The translations under genes were made by a program, and so were the position numbers. 64,000 bases of DNA, taken from contig JBDHIF010000011.1 of assembly GCA_039587535.1 (NCBI GenBank), positions 1-64,000 on the forward strand. The letters run 5' to 3'. The notes below the pieces were generated by a model. It worked only from the letters and a program-made list of their open reading frames with translations, did not search any database and was not told the DNA's origin. The DNA comes from Gemmatimonadota bacterium (lineage in GTDB: Bacteria > Gemmatimonadota > Gemmatimonadetes > Longimicrobiales > Gaopeijiaceae). Shown one piece after another: positions 7,435 through 17,197 of the stretch. Position 1 is the stretch's first letter; every line of letters begins with the position of its first letter.

Positions 7435-8871
7435 ATGTCGAAACGACCTACCAGCCCTCGCGACGTCGTCGGGATGATCAAGGATCGCGACATTGCATTT
7501 CTCGATCTGAAGTTCGTCGACCTGTTCGGAACGCTGCAGCACCTGACGTTGCCCGCCGAGCTGGTCGACGAGGCGCTCTTCCGGAATGGGATGGCGTTCG
7601 ACGGTTCCTCGGTGCGCGGATTCACCCGGATCAACCAGAGCGACATGCTCCTGATCCCGGATGCATCGTCGGTTTTCCAGGACCCATTCTTCGACGACCC
7701 TGCGTTGTCGGTCTTCTGCGACATCGTCGATCCGAACGGACGTTACACCTTCTCCCGTGATCCCCGTTCGGTCGCTCGGCGGGCCGAGCAGCTCGTCCGT
7801 TCGCTGGGGATTGCGGACACGGCGTTCTTCGGTCCGGAGATCGAGTTCTTCATCTTCGACGACGTGCGCTTCGACCAGGCCACGCAGCACGGCTATTACT
7901 TCCTGAACAGCGCGGCGGCGTCGTGGGCCACGGGTGAGACGGGAGAAGGTTCGAACCTCGGCCACCGAGCGGCGCAGAAGGGCGCCTACTTCTCGGCGCC
8001 GCCCGTGGACCAATACAACAATCTTCGATCGAAGATCTCCCATGTGCTGCGGAGCGTTGGATTACAGCCAGAACTGCACCATCACGAGGTCGGGGCGGCG
8101 GGCCAGTCCGAGATCGGGTTCCGTTTTGGACCACTCCTCCATCAGGCGGACGCGTCGATCAAATACAAGTACGTCGTCAAGAACGTCGTAAACCGCTACG
8201 GGAAGACCGCCACCTTCATGCCCAAGCCGCTTCTCCAGGAGAACGGCTCCGGAATGCACCACAACATCAGTCTGGCGAAGGATGGTAAGAACGTCTTCTA
8301 CGAACCCGGGACCTATGGAGACTTGAGCGCCCTCGCGGTGCACTTCATCGGTGGGTTGCTCGAGCACGCAGCGGCGCTCTGCGCGATCTGCTGTCCGACG
8401 ACGAACTCCTATCGGCGCCTCGTGCCGGGATACGAGGCACCGATGAACCTTCTTTACTCTGGTCGAAATCGAAGCGCCTGTGTGCGCATACCAACCATGA
8501 CCGGGGGACCCAAGTCGAAGCGGATCGAGTTCCGCACACCGGACCCCTCGTGCAACCCGTATCTCAGCTTCGCCGCCATCATGTGTGCCGGTATCGACGG
8601 CATTCGGCGGAAGATCGTGCCGGCGGATCCCGTCGATGAGGACATCTACGAGCTCGCGGCATCTGAGAGCGGTCGAGAAATCGAGCGGACACCGGGCACG
8701 CTCGACGAGGCGATCAGTGCGCTCGAGCAGGATCACGACTTCCTCGTTCAGGACGGGGTCTTCACACCCGACTTCGTCGAGACCTGGGTCGATCTGAAGA
8801 GAACGAAGGAAATCGACTTTGTCCGGCTTCGCCCGCACCCGGGCGAGTTCTCCCTTTACTTCAACGCGTAG
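7435..8871 (+). CDS. glnA: Glutamine synthetase type I
   Basis: 478 aa with the GS beta-grasp and catalytic domain motifs. It sits in an amtB-glnK-glnA arrangement. Confidence 0.9.
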   Translation: MSKRPTSPRDVVGMIKDRDIAFLDLKFVDLFGTLQHLTLPAELVDEALFRNGMAFDGSSVRGFTRINQSDMLLIPDASSVFQDPFFDDPALSVFCDIVDPNGRYTFSRDPRSVARRAEQLVRSLGIADTAFFGPEIEFFIFDDVRFDQATQHGYYFLNSAAASWATGETGEGSNLGHRAAQKGAYFSAPPVDQYNNLRSKISHVLRSVGLQPELHHHEVGAAGQSEIGFRFGPLLHQADASIKYKYVVKNVVNRYGKTATFMPKPLLQENGSGMHHNISLAKDGKNVFYEPGTYGDLSALAVHFIGGLLEHAAALCAICCPTTNSYRRLVPGYEAPMNLLYSGRNRSACVRIPTMTGGPKSKRIEFRTPDPSCNPYLSFAAIMCAGIDGIRRKIVPADPVDEDIYELAASESGREIERTPGTLDEAISALEQDHDFLVQDGVFTPDFVETWVDLKRTKEIDFVRLRPHPGEFSLYFNA

Positions 8872-8891
8872 CGGCTGCAGAAGGATCGATC

Positions 8892-10196
8892 ATGGACCAA
8901 GCACAGCTCATTGGGATCTACCTGGGCGTCGGCGCACTCGCGATCCTCGCGCTCGTGATCTTCGTCAAGGCGAACATCGTGATCTGCGCCCCGAACGAGG
9001 TGGTGATCATCTCGGGCCGGAAGCGGAAGACGAAGGACGGAACCGTCGTCGGCTACCGGCTGATTCGAGGCGGCAGGGGCTTCAAGTGGCCTCTCCTGGA
9101 ATCGGCGCGCCGTCTGCCGCTCACGACGCGCACCGTAGAGATTCGGCCGCACAGGGCCTTGTGCCAGGGAATGATTCCTGTGGATATCGAGGGGCGCGCC
9201 AATGTCAAGCTCGCGGGGCGTGAAGAGGATGGCCTCGAAGCGGGGATCGAGCGATTCCTCGGAAAGGGTGTGGAGGCGATCGACAAGACGGCTCAGCAAG
9301 TGCTCGAGGGTGCGCTACGGGGAGTGATCGCGGGTGTTCGCCCGGAAGAAGCAAACGAGCGCCGGCTCGAGCTGGCGCAGGACGTCGCTCAAAGGGCGCG
9401 TTCCGAGCTGTCTGGTCTGGGCATCGTCCTGGACTTCTTCCAGATCCAAGACCTCTCCGACGGGGCTGGCTATCTGGAGGCGATCGGACGCCGGCGAAAT
9501 GCCGAGGTTCAGCGTGATGCGCAAATCGCCGAGGCAGAGGCCGATGCCGAGGCACGGCAGGTTTCGGCCGAACAGAAGCGGCTCGGCCGTGAGGCCGAGA
9601 TCGCGGCCGAGCAGCTGGTCATCCAGAAAGAGAACGCGCTCGAAGTGCAGCGCGCGAATCTCGCTGCGCTCGAGAACGAGGCCAAGGAGCGGGCGTCGGT
9701 CGCCGGTCACATCGCCCGTGTCGATCGTGAGGTCGAGCTGGAGACGAGAAGGGCTGAGCTCAGCGAGAAGAAGCATGCCGCCGACACCGTCATACCGGCG
9801 CGCGCGCGCTCCGAGGCGGACCGACTGGAGGCGGAGGGGCGAGCCGCCCGGATCCGAGAGGAGGGACGGGCGACCGCCGAGGCCGTGCATGTGATGCGCG
9901 AAGAATGGGATGGCGGCGCAGCGCAGGATCTCTTCATGATTCGTATGTTCCCGGAACTGGTCGACAAAGTGACTCGAGTGGTGGCTGAGAACCTTCGTGT
10001 CGACAAGCTGACGATCCTCGATGGTGGTGGTGACGGTGGTGGAGACGGGTTGCCCAATTACGTCCGAAATCTCACGGGCAGCGCGGTAGCGATGATGGAG
10101 CAGATGAAGAACGCCACGGGGGTCGATCTCGCACGGATTGCGGAACGGGGCCGAGAGGGGCAGTCTCGGGCGGATGTGCCGAGCGAGCTGGACTGA
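8892..10196 (+). CDS. Flotillin-like SPFH/band-7 domain protein (FloT/YqiK family)
   Basis: N-terminal TM, an SPFH domain, a long EA-rich coiled coil (flotillin repeats) and a Gly-rich tail. Confidence 0.75.
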   Translation: MDQAQLIGIYLGVGALAILALVIFVKANIVICAPNEVVIISGRKRKTKDGTVVGYRLIRGGRGFKWPLLESARRLPLTTRTVEIRPHRALCQGMIPVDIEGRANVKLAGREEDGLEAGIERFLGKGVEAIDKTAQQVLEGALRGVIAGVRPEEANERRLELAQDVAQRARSELSGLGIVLDFFQIQDLSDGAGYLEAIGRRRNAEVQRDAQIAEAEADAEARQVSAEQKRLGREAEIAAEQLVIQKENALEVQRANLAALENEAKERASVAGHIARVDREVELETRRAELSEKKHAADTVIPARARSEADRLEAEGRAARIREEGRATAEAVHVMREEWDGGAAQDLFMIRMFPELVDKVTRVVAENLRVDKLTILDGGGDGGGDGLPNYVRNLTGSAVAMMEQMKNATGVDLARIAERGREGQSRADVPSELD

Positions 10197-10220
10197 ACCT
10201 CAAGGTCCTGGAGGCTGCGG

Positions 10221-10628
10221 GTGCATGACATGACGGAAAGCGATTCGGCGGCGCGCAAGGTCGAGGAGGTCCTCAGGCACCACGGACTGTCGCGGGACAG
10301 TGTGCTGTATCGGGAATCTCTTGAGACCTTCGTCGAACGGGATGACGACGGGCATGAGACGGTCACGGCCAATGCTGATCCGTCGGAGGCGGTCGTGAAC
10401 GTCTACGAGGGCGGTCATGTCGCGCTTGCGGCTCAGATCGGAGCGGGGCTCGCGTTCAATGAGCGACGAGACAACCAGTGGCGTGAGGAAGGTCGGGTGA
10501 CCGTGGCCGTGCGGCTCGGAGACGTGCTTGACCAGGGGGGGATGCTGTACCCGGTCGAGTCGGTGATCACTGAGCCCGTCTGGTACGTGACGTTGCCGGC
10601 AGGACGAGTCCGCGTGACACGAACCTAG
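10221..10628 (+). CDS. Hypothetical protein (135 aa), abutting the downstream sensor gene
   Basis: Stop at 10628 and GTG start of the next gene at 10629. No family recognised. Confidence 0.4.
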   Translation: MHDMTESDSAARKVEEVLRHHGLSRDSVLYRESLETFVERDDDGHETVTANADPSEAVVNVYEGGHVALAAQIGAGLAFNERRDNQWREEGRVTVAVRLGDVLDQGGMLYPVESVITEPVWYVTLPAGRVRVTRT

Positions 10629-12497
10629 GTGGCGCTCTCTTTGATACAGGATCGGTCGATCCGAGTCCGCGTCTTCGTCGTCCTCGCCGCCGTCGCGGTT
10701 CTATCCATTGGTGTGGTGGCGGCGGTGTCCTACCGCCTGGGATTGGCCACCCTCGAGCAGCAGGCGTTCGACCGCCTCACCTCGGTGCGTGAGTTGAAGG
10801 GGCGTCAGGTCGAGGGATATTTCCGCACGATCCGAGACCAGGTCGTCACGCACGCCGAGAATCGTATGACCATCGACGCGGTGCGTGAGTTCACGGCCGC
10901 CGCCACGACCCTGGAAGCAGAGCTGGGGGTGCCCGACGCGAGCGAGCGCGAGCTCTCTCTGCGGCTCTACTACCAGGATGAGTTTCTCCCCCGTCTCGGG
11001 GAGCGCGCTGCAGATGCCGGTGCTCTGTCCGCCTACTGGCCCGAGGACGCTCTGGCGCGCTCACTCCAGTACCTGTTCATCAGCGCCAGCCCGTTCGCCG
11101 TCGGTTCGAAGCAACTTCTGGACGATTCGGGTGCCGGGGTCCGGTACGATGACGTTCACGGGCGCTATCACCCCCTTTTCCGGAGTTTTCTCGAGCGGTT
11201 CGGCTACTATGACATCTTCCTCGTGGACGCGGCGACCGACCGAATCGTGTACTCGGTGTTCAAGGAGATCGACTTCGGCACGTCCCTCGAACGGGGTCCG
11301 CATCGAAGCTCGAACCTCGCGGCAGCATACCGAGCGGCACGAGATTCGGGGGTAGACTCATTCACCCACCTGGAGGACTTCGAACCGTATGCGCCATCGT
11401 ATGGTGCTCAAGCTTCCTTCATCGCATCTCCGATCTTCGACGGGGACGAAATCCTGGGCATTCTCGTCTTCCAGCTCCCGCTGGACCGTATCAACGAGTT
11501 GATGACGAGCGAGCGCGCCTGGCGGGACGTGGGGTTGGGGGCGTCGGGCGAAACGTACGTGGTCGGTTCGGACCAGAGGCTTCGAACCGAATCTCGCTTT
11601 CTCATAGAAGATCGCGAGGAGTACCTGGGTGCGATCGAGAGGGGTGGCCTCGACGAGCGTATCGTGCGGTCGATCGAGGCGCAGGGCAGCGCCATCGGGC
11701 TTCAACCGGTCCAGACAAACGGGGTGGAACGAGCGCTTGGGGGTGAAACGGGAACCGACCGCTTCCCCGACTATCGGGGCGCCGAGGTGTTCTCCAGCTA
11801 CCGACCTCTCACGATCCCAGATCTCGAGTGGGTGCTCATGAGCGAGATCGATTCGAGCGAAGCCCTCGCGCCGCTCGTTGCGCAGCGGAACCGTATGCTC
11901 GTGGCGCTGGCCATATTCCTGCCGCTGATCGGCGGACTGGCACTGTGGTTCGCCGGGAATCTCGTTCGCCCCATCGAGGCCCTGTCTCGGAGGGCCGAGG
12001 AACTCGCCAGGGGAGAGCTCGATCACGAGGTCGACATCTCGCGTGGCGACGAGATCGGTGAGCTCGCGCGCAGCTTCGAAGCGATGCGCGTGGCGTTGCG
12101 CGATCAAATCGATCGACAGAATCGTTCGATCGACGCCTTGTCCACGCCCCTGATCCCGATCCATGACGACGTCGTGGTCATGCCGCTCGTGGGTGAGCTC
12201 GACGAGGCGCGATGCGAGAGGGTTCGAGAGTCGCTCACGGCTCAGCTCCACAGCAATGGAGCGCGGTCGGTGATCCTGGATCTTACTGGAGTCTTGCGAC
12301 TGGATGACGATGTGGCGCGCGGGCTGATTCGGATTGCGCGAACTGCCCGTCTCGTGGGCGCGCAGGCCATCGTGTCGGGCGTCCGACCCGAACTCGCTGC
12401 TCAGCTGGCGGACGGCGACGTCGATACACAGGGCATCGTGACGGTGCGCACATTGAGAGACGCGATCGAGAGCGCCACGATGCACCGTGACGGGTGA
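10629..12497 (+). CDS. Membrane sensor with a periplasmic Cache-like domain, HAMP and C-terminal STAS (RsbR-like) domain
   Basis: TM1 and a ~380-aa periplasmic region are followed by TM2, a HAMP helix (..IEALSRRAEELARGELDHEVDISRGDEIGELARSFEAMRVAL..) and STAS (..VVVMPLVGELDEARCERV..ILDLTGV..VSGVRPELA..). Confidence 0.65.
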   Translation: MALSLIQDRSIRVRVFVVLAAVAVLSIGVVAAVSYRLGLATLEQQAFDRLTSVRELKGRQVEGYFRTIRDQVVTHAENRMTIDAVREFTAAATTLEAELGVPDASERELSLRLYYQDEFLPRLGERAADAGALSAYWPEDALARSLQYLFISASPFAVGSKQLLDDSGAGVRYDDVHGRYHPLFRSFLERFGYYDIFLVDAATDRIVYSVFKEIDFGTSLERGPHRSSNLAAAYRAARDSGVDSFTHLEDFEPYAPSYGAQASFIASPIFDGDEILGILVFQLPLDRINELMTSERAWRDVGLGASGETYVVGSDQRLRTESRFLIEDREEYLGAIERGGLDERIVRSIEAQGSAIGLQPVQTNGVERALGGETGTDRFPDYRGAEVFSSYRPLTIPDLEWVLMSEIDSSEALAPLVAQRNRMLVALAIFLPLIGGLALWFAGNLVRPIEALSRRAEELARGELDHEVDISRGDEIGELARSFEAMRVALRDQIDRQNRSIDALSTPLIPIHDDVVVMPLVGELDEARCERVRESLTAQLHSNGARSVILDLTGVLRLDDDVARGLIRIARTARLVGAQAIVSGVRPELAAQLADGDVDTQGIVTVRTLRDAIESATMHRDG

Positions 12498-12559
12498 GGG
12501 ACGGGCCGGCGCTGCGTTGGGGATTCGCGACAGACTGACTTAACACTTCGTAGAGGCGC

Positions 12560-13444
12560 ATGATGCACACCAATCACATCGACTATCGAGAGCTGCTGAC
12601 GCTCTATCGTATCACCGACGCTGATCTTCGGCGCATCGAGGCGTTCGGGGTTCAGGCCGTGAAACGGATGGATGAGCTGGTGGAGCGCTGGTACGCCTGG
12701 CTCGAGGTGTTGCCCGACTACGAAGACTTCTTCAGCGACCCCGAGACTCTGGCCCGAGTCCAGAAACTCCAGGACGGTTACTGGGATTTCTTCATGAAGG
12801 CCGCGGTCGACGACGAGTACGTGTCACGGCGGGTGCTCGTCGGTGAGGCGCACGCTCGAATCGGGCTATCGCTGAACACCTACTTCGCGGGCATGAACAT
12901 GTTTCAGGAGCTCTTCAGCGAGGTCGTACGCGACGGCGATTTCGAGGAAGGCGAGCGTCAGGCCACGATCGATTCCGTCTCCAAACTCCTCCACTTCGAC
13001 ACCGCCATCGTCGTCGATACCTACAACCGGCTGGTGGAGCAGACACTCACGGCTCAGTCGCGGGCGCTCATGGAGATGTCGACACCGGTCACGGAGATAT
13101 GGGAGGGCCTCCTGTTCCTGCCCATCGTCGGGATCATCGACTCGCGCCGGTCGCGCGACATCATGAACGCGACCTTGAGCAAGATCGCGGACACACAGGC
13201 ACGGGTATTCATTCTCGACATCAGCGGGGTCGGTGTGGTGGACACGGCAGTGGCGAACCACCTCATCAAGATTACCCGGGCGACCAAGCTCATGGGTTGT
13301 GAGACCACGATCTCGGGGGTCTCGCCGGCCATCGCTCAGACGATTGTCGATCTGGGTATCGACGTCGGCGAAGTGAAGACGACCGCGACCATGCGCGACG
13401 CTCTGGCCGACGCGGTCGAGCTCGTCCGGCAGGGCCGTCGGTGA
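12560..13444 (+). CDS. rsbR: Stressosome sensor RsbR-like (N-terminal non-haem globin-like domain plus STAS)
   Basis: N-terminal helical sensor domain, then STAS with ..LLFLPIVGIIDSRRSRD..ILDISGVGVVDTAVANHL..ISGVSPAIAQ.. Confidence 0.7.
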   Translation: MMHTNHIDYRELLTLYRITDADLRRIEAFGVQAVKRMDELVERWYAWLEVLPDYEDFFSDPETLARVQKLQDGYWDFFMKAAVDDEYVSRRVLVGEAHARIGLSLNTYFAGMNMFQELFSEVVRDGDFEEGERQATIDSVSKLLHFDTAIVVDTYNRLVEQTLTAQSRALMEMSTPVTEIWEGLLFLPIVGIIDSRRSRDIMNATLSKIADTQARVFILDISGVGVVDTAVANHLIKITRATKLMGCETTISGVSPAIAQTIVDLGIDVGEVKTTATMRDALADAVELVRQGRR

Positions 13445-13458
13445 GTGTGGCGTAGGCG

Positions 13459-13953
13459 ATGACGGATCGCGGCGCCCGGATTCCGCTCCAGCTTGCGCAG
13501 CAGTGCGTGGTGGCGTCGATCCAGGTGGACCTGGACGACCGAGTGCTGGCTGCGTTTCGGGCGGAACTCCTGGAGTTCCTGCGACGCTCCGGCGCGCGCG
13601 GAGTCATTCTCGACTTGTCGGGGGCTGCGGTGATGGACAGAGAGGAGTTCGGCGCTCTCCGAGACACGATGCGCATGGCGCTCCTAATGGGCGCAACGAC
13701 CATCGTTTCGGGGATGCGGCCGGGCGTGGTGTCCGCTCTGATCGACCTCGAGGCCGACACCGACGGGGTGCTGGCGACGGCGACACTCGACGATGCGTTC
13801 GACTTGATGCGAGAGACTCAGTCCGACAGGCACAGAGACGAGGAAGATGAGGTCGGGGAGGTCGACGAACCCCTCGAGGGTACCGGCGCGGAGGCCGTCC
13901 AACGCGATGAGACCGGACCCCACGCGCAGGTGAGTGCGTCGCCCGAACCATGA
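13459..13953 (+). CDS. rsbS: Stressosome scaffold RsbS-like (single STAS domain with acidic tail)
   Basis: ..VVASIQVDLDDRVLAAFRAELLEF..VILDLSGAAVMD..VSGMRPGVV.. Confidence 0.7.
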   Translation: MTDRGARIPLQLAQQCVVASIQVDLDDRVLAAFRAELLEFLRRSGARGVILDLSGAAVMDREEFGALRDTMRMALLMGATTIVSGMRPGVVSALIDLEADTDGVLATATLDDAFDLMRETQSDRHRDEEDEVGEVDEPLEGTGAEAVQRDETGPHAQVSASPEP

Positions 13954-15053
13954 GTCCTCGGTCGGTCAAGCGAATCCGGAGCGATCCGGACGTGAGTCAT
14001 GCGGTGATCGCGGCGTCGGATTTCGCGCGTCGACTCGACTTCAGTGAACTCGACAGTCGCTCCATCGGCACCGTCGTGTCGGAGCTAGCCACCAACATCA
14101 TCAAGTACGCGGTGGACGGCCGAGTAGTGATCGAAGAGGTGACCGCAGGCGACCGTCATGGGATTCAGGTCACCGTAGCCGATCGCGGCCCCGGGATCCC
14201 TAACATTCGTGAGGCACTTCAGGATCACTTCAGTTCGAGCGGGACGCTCGGCCTCGGCCTGCCTGGCGTCAGGCGCATGGTGGACGACTTCGACATCCAA
14301 TCGGAAGTGGGCCGAGGGACCACGGTGGTCGTCCGCAAGTGGCTGGGCGGGCCCTCACCGCGTGCTCGTAGGGCAGAGCTCTTGCAAGGCTCGTCGGCGA
14401 GCGCCGCATTCGCCGAGCGAGGCACCGATCGGGGGAGGGAAAGCTACGAGGCACCGAACGAGCCGGGGAGGCGGTTGCAGATCGGGTACGTGAACCGACC
14501 TTGCAGAGGTGAGCTGCTGAGCGGCGACGGTGTGCTCGTGACCGAGCTCGATGGTGCGGCGCTGATTGTGGTGGTCGATGGGTTGGGGCATGGCCGGGAC
14601 GCGCACGAGGCAGCGAAGGCGGCGACCCGGCTTGTTCGCAAGGAGCCGAACCTCGACCTTTCGGACCTGATGAGGCGGTTGGACGTCCGGTTGCAGGGAA
14701 CCGTCGGCGCGGCACTGTCGTTGTGCTCCATCGATCTCGATTCCGGCCTCGTTCGATACGTTGCGGTCGGGAACACCGTGTTGCGCATCGAGGGTGAGCG
14801 ATCGCGACGAGTCGGAGCCATGACAGGCACTGTCGGTAGTCGGCTCAAGGCGCCGAGGGTCGAGACCGCCGAGCTCTCATCGGAGGATGTGCTCCTGATT
14901 CACACGGATGGGATCTCGGAGCGCCTCACGCTGGAAGACTATCCGCAACTCCGATATCAGAGCCCCCAGACCGTGGCCGAGACGATCTTGTCCCGCTACG
15001 GAAAGAAGCACGACGACGCGACGGTGCTCGCCGCCAGATTCGAAGACTCATGA
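13950..15053 (+). CDS. Fusion of an RsbT-like GHKL serine kinase (HATPase_c) and a PP2C/SpoIIE phosphatase (RsbX-like)
   Basis: The N-terminal ..VSELATNIIKYA..VADRGPGIP..GLGLPGV.. is an anti-sigma-type kinase. The C-terminal PP2C has ..SGDGVL..VVVDGLGHG.. Its start shares ATGA with the rsbS stop. Confidence 0.65.
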   Translation: MSPRSVKRIRSDPDVSHAVIAASDFARRLDFSELDSRSIGTVVSELATNIIKYAVDGRVVIEEVTAGDRHGIQVTVADRGPGIPNIREALQDHFSSSGTLGLGLPGVRRMVDDFDIQSEVGRGTTVVVRKWLGGPSPRARRAELLQGSSASAAFAERGTDRGRESYEAPNEPGRRLQIGYVNRPCRGELLSGDGVLVTELDGAALIVVVDGLGHGRDAHEAAKAATRLVRKEPNLDLSDLMRRLDVRLQGTVGAALSLCSIDLDSGLVRYVAVGNTVLRIEGERSRRVGAMTGTVGSRLKAPRVETAELSSEDVLLIHTDGISERLTLEDYPQLRYQSPQTVAETILSRYGKKHDDATVLAARFEDS

Positions 15054-16729
15054 TCGAGCTCGGCACGATCACGGGGGGAGCGGAGGGTGCCGTTCGGGAC
15101 GCGCGCAGGAAGGTTCACGCGGCTCTCGAGCGGTTGACGGCGGATGACATGCTGGCCAGTCGGATCGCTTCGGTCACCTCCCAGATCTTTCGGGCGATCG
15201 AGCGCGGTGCGAATCCAGGCAGGATCATCGTTCGCTTCGATGAGGCGGGAGCCCAGCCTACGTTCGTTCTCGACCTGATCGGTGTCGGCGGTGAGGTCGA
15301 CGAGGCGACGGCCGCATCGTTCTTCGATCAGGTCGTTTGGGTTCGGGTCGGCGATGTACCGTGCCTGCGGCTTGGTCTCTACATCCACATCGCCCCGGGA
15401 TTGGAGCTTACCGAGCGCCGCGTCGCGGAATTGCGCGGCGTGATCGAGCAGAAGGGGAGGGATGCGCTGATGCAGGAGCTCACCCTGAAGAACCGGGAGC
15501 TCCAGGATTCGTTCGACAACCTCCGTCGGACCACCACGGCCAAAGAGCGGATGGAGAGCGAGCTCAACATCGGTCGGGACATCCAGATGAGCATGCTGCC
15601 GCTCGAATTTCCGGCGTTCCCGCACCGCACCGACTTTACGGTATTCGCTACCCTCGAGCCTGCGCGGGAGGTCGGAGGGGATTTCTACGACTTCTTCCTC
15701 CTCGACGAGGATCGCTTCTGTTTCTGTGTTGGAGATGTCTCCGGCAAAGGGGTGCCTGCGGCACTCTTCATGGCCGTCACCAAGACGCTTATCAAGTCGC
15801 GCGCGACCAACGATTTCTCACCAGCCAGCATTCTCACGCACGTCAACGACGAGATCTCGACCAACAACGACTCGGCGATGTTTGTGACGCTCTGGCTGGG
15901 CATCCTGGACGTGACGTCCGGAGCGCTGGAGTACACGAACGCCGGACATAACCCGCCTTATCTCCTGCGCCACACGGGGGAGGTGGTGCGGTTGGACGAG
16001 CGGCACGGTCCCGTGCTCGGTGCTGTGGACGGACTCGTCTATTCCGAGGGCTCCGGTCAGTTGGAGCGCGGTGACGTCGTCTTCGTGTACACCGACGGTG
16101 TCACCGAGGCGATGGACCCGGACGGGCAGCTCTACGAGGAGGACCGCCTCGTTGAGGTCCTTCGGGCGAGCGATATCGATTCGGTGGAGTCTTTGGTTCG
16201 TGCATCGACCGACGACGTGTGGCGTTTTCAGGCCGACGCGGAACAGGCCGACGACGTCACCGTGCTGGCGGTCGAGTTCTCCGGCCGGCCCGGTGGCTCC
16301 GAAGGCGTCCACATTCTCGAGCTGTCAGTTGCGAATCGACTCGAAGAGATCGACTCCGTCAACGAATCCTTCGAGGCGTTCGCAGCCGAGCACGGGCTCC
16401 CGGAGAAGGTCCGGAGAAGTATGAAGCTCGTTTTCGACGACTTGTTGAACAACGTGATCTCGTACGCATACGAGGACGAAGAGGAGCATCGCATCGGCGT
16501 GCGCGTCGAGTTGTCCTCCGATCGGGTCGCCGTACGCATCAGTGACGACGGGCACCCGTTCAATCCTTTCGGCCGGAATGCGCCGGACACGGCGCTGGCC
16601 CTGGGTGCGAGGGAGATTGGAGGTCTCGGTATCCACCTCGTGCAGAACCTGATGGACGAGGTCTCGTACACGCGGCGAACCGATGAAAACGTCGTTCTGC
16701 TGGTGAAATACCTATCAAATTCGGAATGA
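15050..16729 (+). CDS. RsbU-like PP2C phosphatase fused to a C-terminal RsbW-like GHKL kinase domain (N-terminal regulatory domain plus coiled coil)
   Basis: The PP2C has ..GGDFYDFF..CVGDVSGKGVPAALFMA..YTDGVTEA.. The C-terminal HATPase_c has ..DDLLNNVISYAY..ISDDGHPFNPF..GLGIHLV.. Confidence 0.65.
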   Translation: MIELGTITGGAEGAVRDARRKVHAALERLTADDMLASRIASVTSQIFRAIERGANPGRIIVRFDEAGAQPTFVLDLIGVGGEVDEATAASFFDQVVWVRVGDVPCLRLGLYIHIAPGLELTERRVAELRGVIEQKGRDALMQELTLKNRELQDSFDNLRRTTTAKERMESELNIGRDIQMSMLPLEFPAFPHRTDFTVFATLEPAREVGGDFYDFFLLDEDRFCFCVGDVSGKGVPAALFMAVTKTLIKSRATNDFSPASILTHVNDEISTNNDSAMFVTLWLGILDVTSGALEYTNAGHNPPYLLRHTGEVVRLDERHGPVLGAVDGLVYSEGSGQLERGDVVFVYTDGVTEAMDPDGQLYEEDRLVEVLRASDIDSVESLVRASTDDVWRFQADAEQADDVTVLAVEFSGRPGGSEGVHILELSVANRLEEIDSVNESFEAFAAEHGLPEKVRRSMKLVFDDLLNNVISYAYEDEEEHRIGVRVELSSDRVAVRISDDGHPFNPFGRNAPDTALALGAREIGGLGIHLVQNLMDEVSYTRRTDENVVLLVKYLSNSE

Positions 16730-16745
16730 AGGAGTATTACGGATC

Positions 16746-17078
16746 ATGAACATCTCGGTCAGCGTCAACGGAGACGTCACTGTCGTCGGCTTCGAGGGGA
16801 ATCTCGACACGAACACGGCGCCCGAAGCGGAAGCGCGCCTGGATGAGCTGGCGAGTGGGGGGGGCGGCAAGATCCTGATCGACTTCGCCGATCTCGACTA
16901 CATCTCTAGCGCCGGGCTTCGAGTGCTTCTGGCGACCGCGAAGAAGCTGCGTGGTGCAGGAGGCAACCTTCGACTGTGCAGCCTCAACGAGATGGTTTCG
17001 GAGGTATTCGAGATCTCGGGCTTCAGCACGATCTTCGCGGTGTTCCCAACGGAAGCGGAGGCGCTGGAGGGCTTCTGA
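16746..17078 (+). CDS. Anti-sigma-factor antagonist-like STAS protein (RsbV/SpoIIAA family)
   Basis: 110 aa with ..KILIDFADLDYISSAGLRVLL.. and a conserved Ser in DYISS. Confidence 0.75.
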   Translation: MNISVSVNGDVTVVGFEGNLDTNTAPEAEARLDELASGGGGKILIDFADLDYISSAGLRVLLATAKKLRGAGGNLRLCSLNEMVSEVFEISGFSTIFAVFPTEAEALEGF

Positions 17079-17197
17079 TGGTCGATGCTCATTTGGGTTC
17101 GCATAGTGCATCGCCGGGTGTCGTCTCCGAGGAATCGCGCACTCTGTGACATCGTAGTCGTGTCTAGTCGGACGGCTGCATTTTTCGGGAGTCTGCT

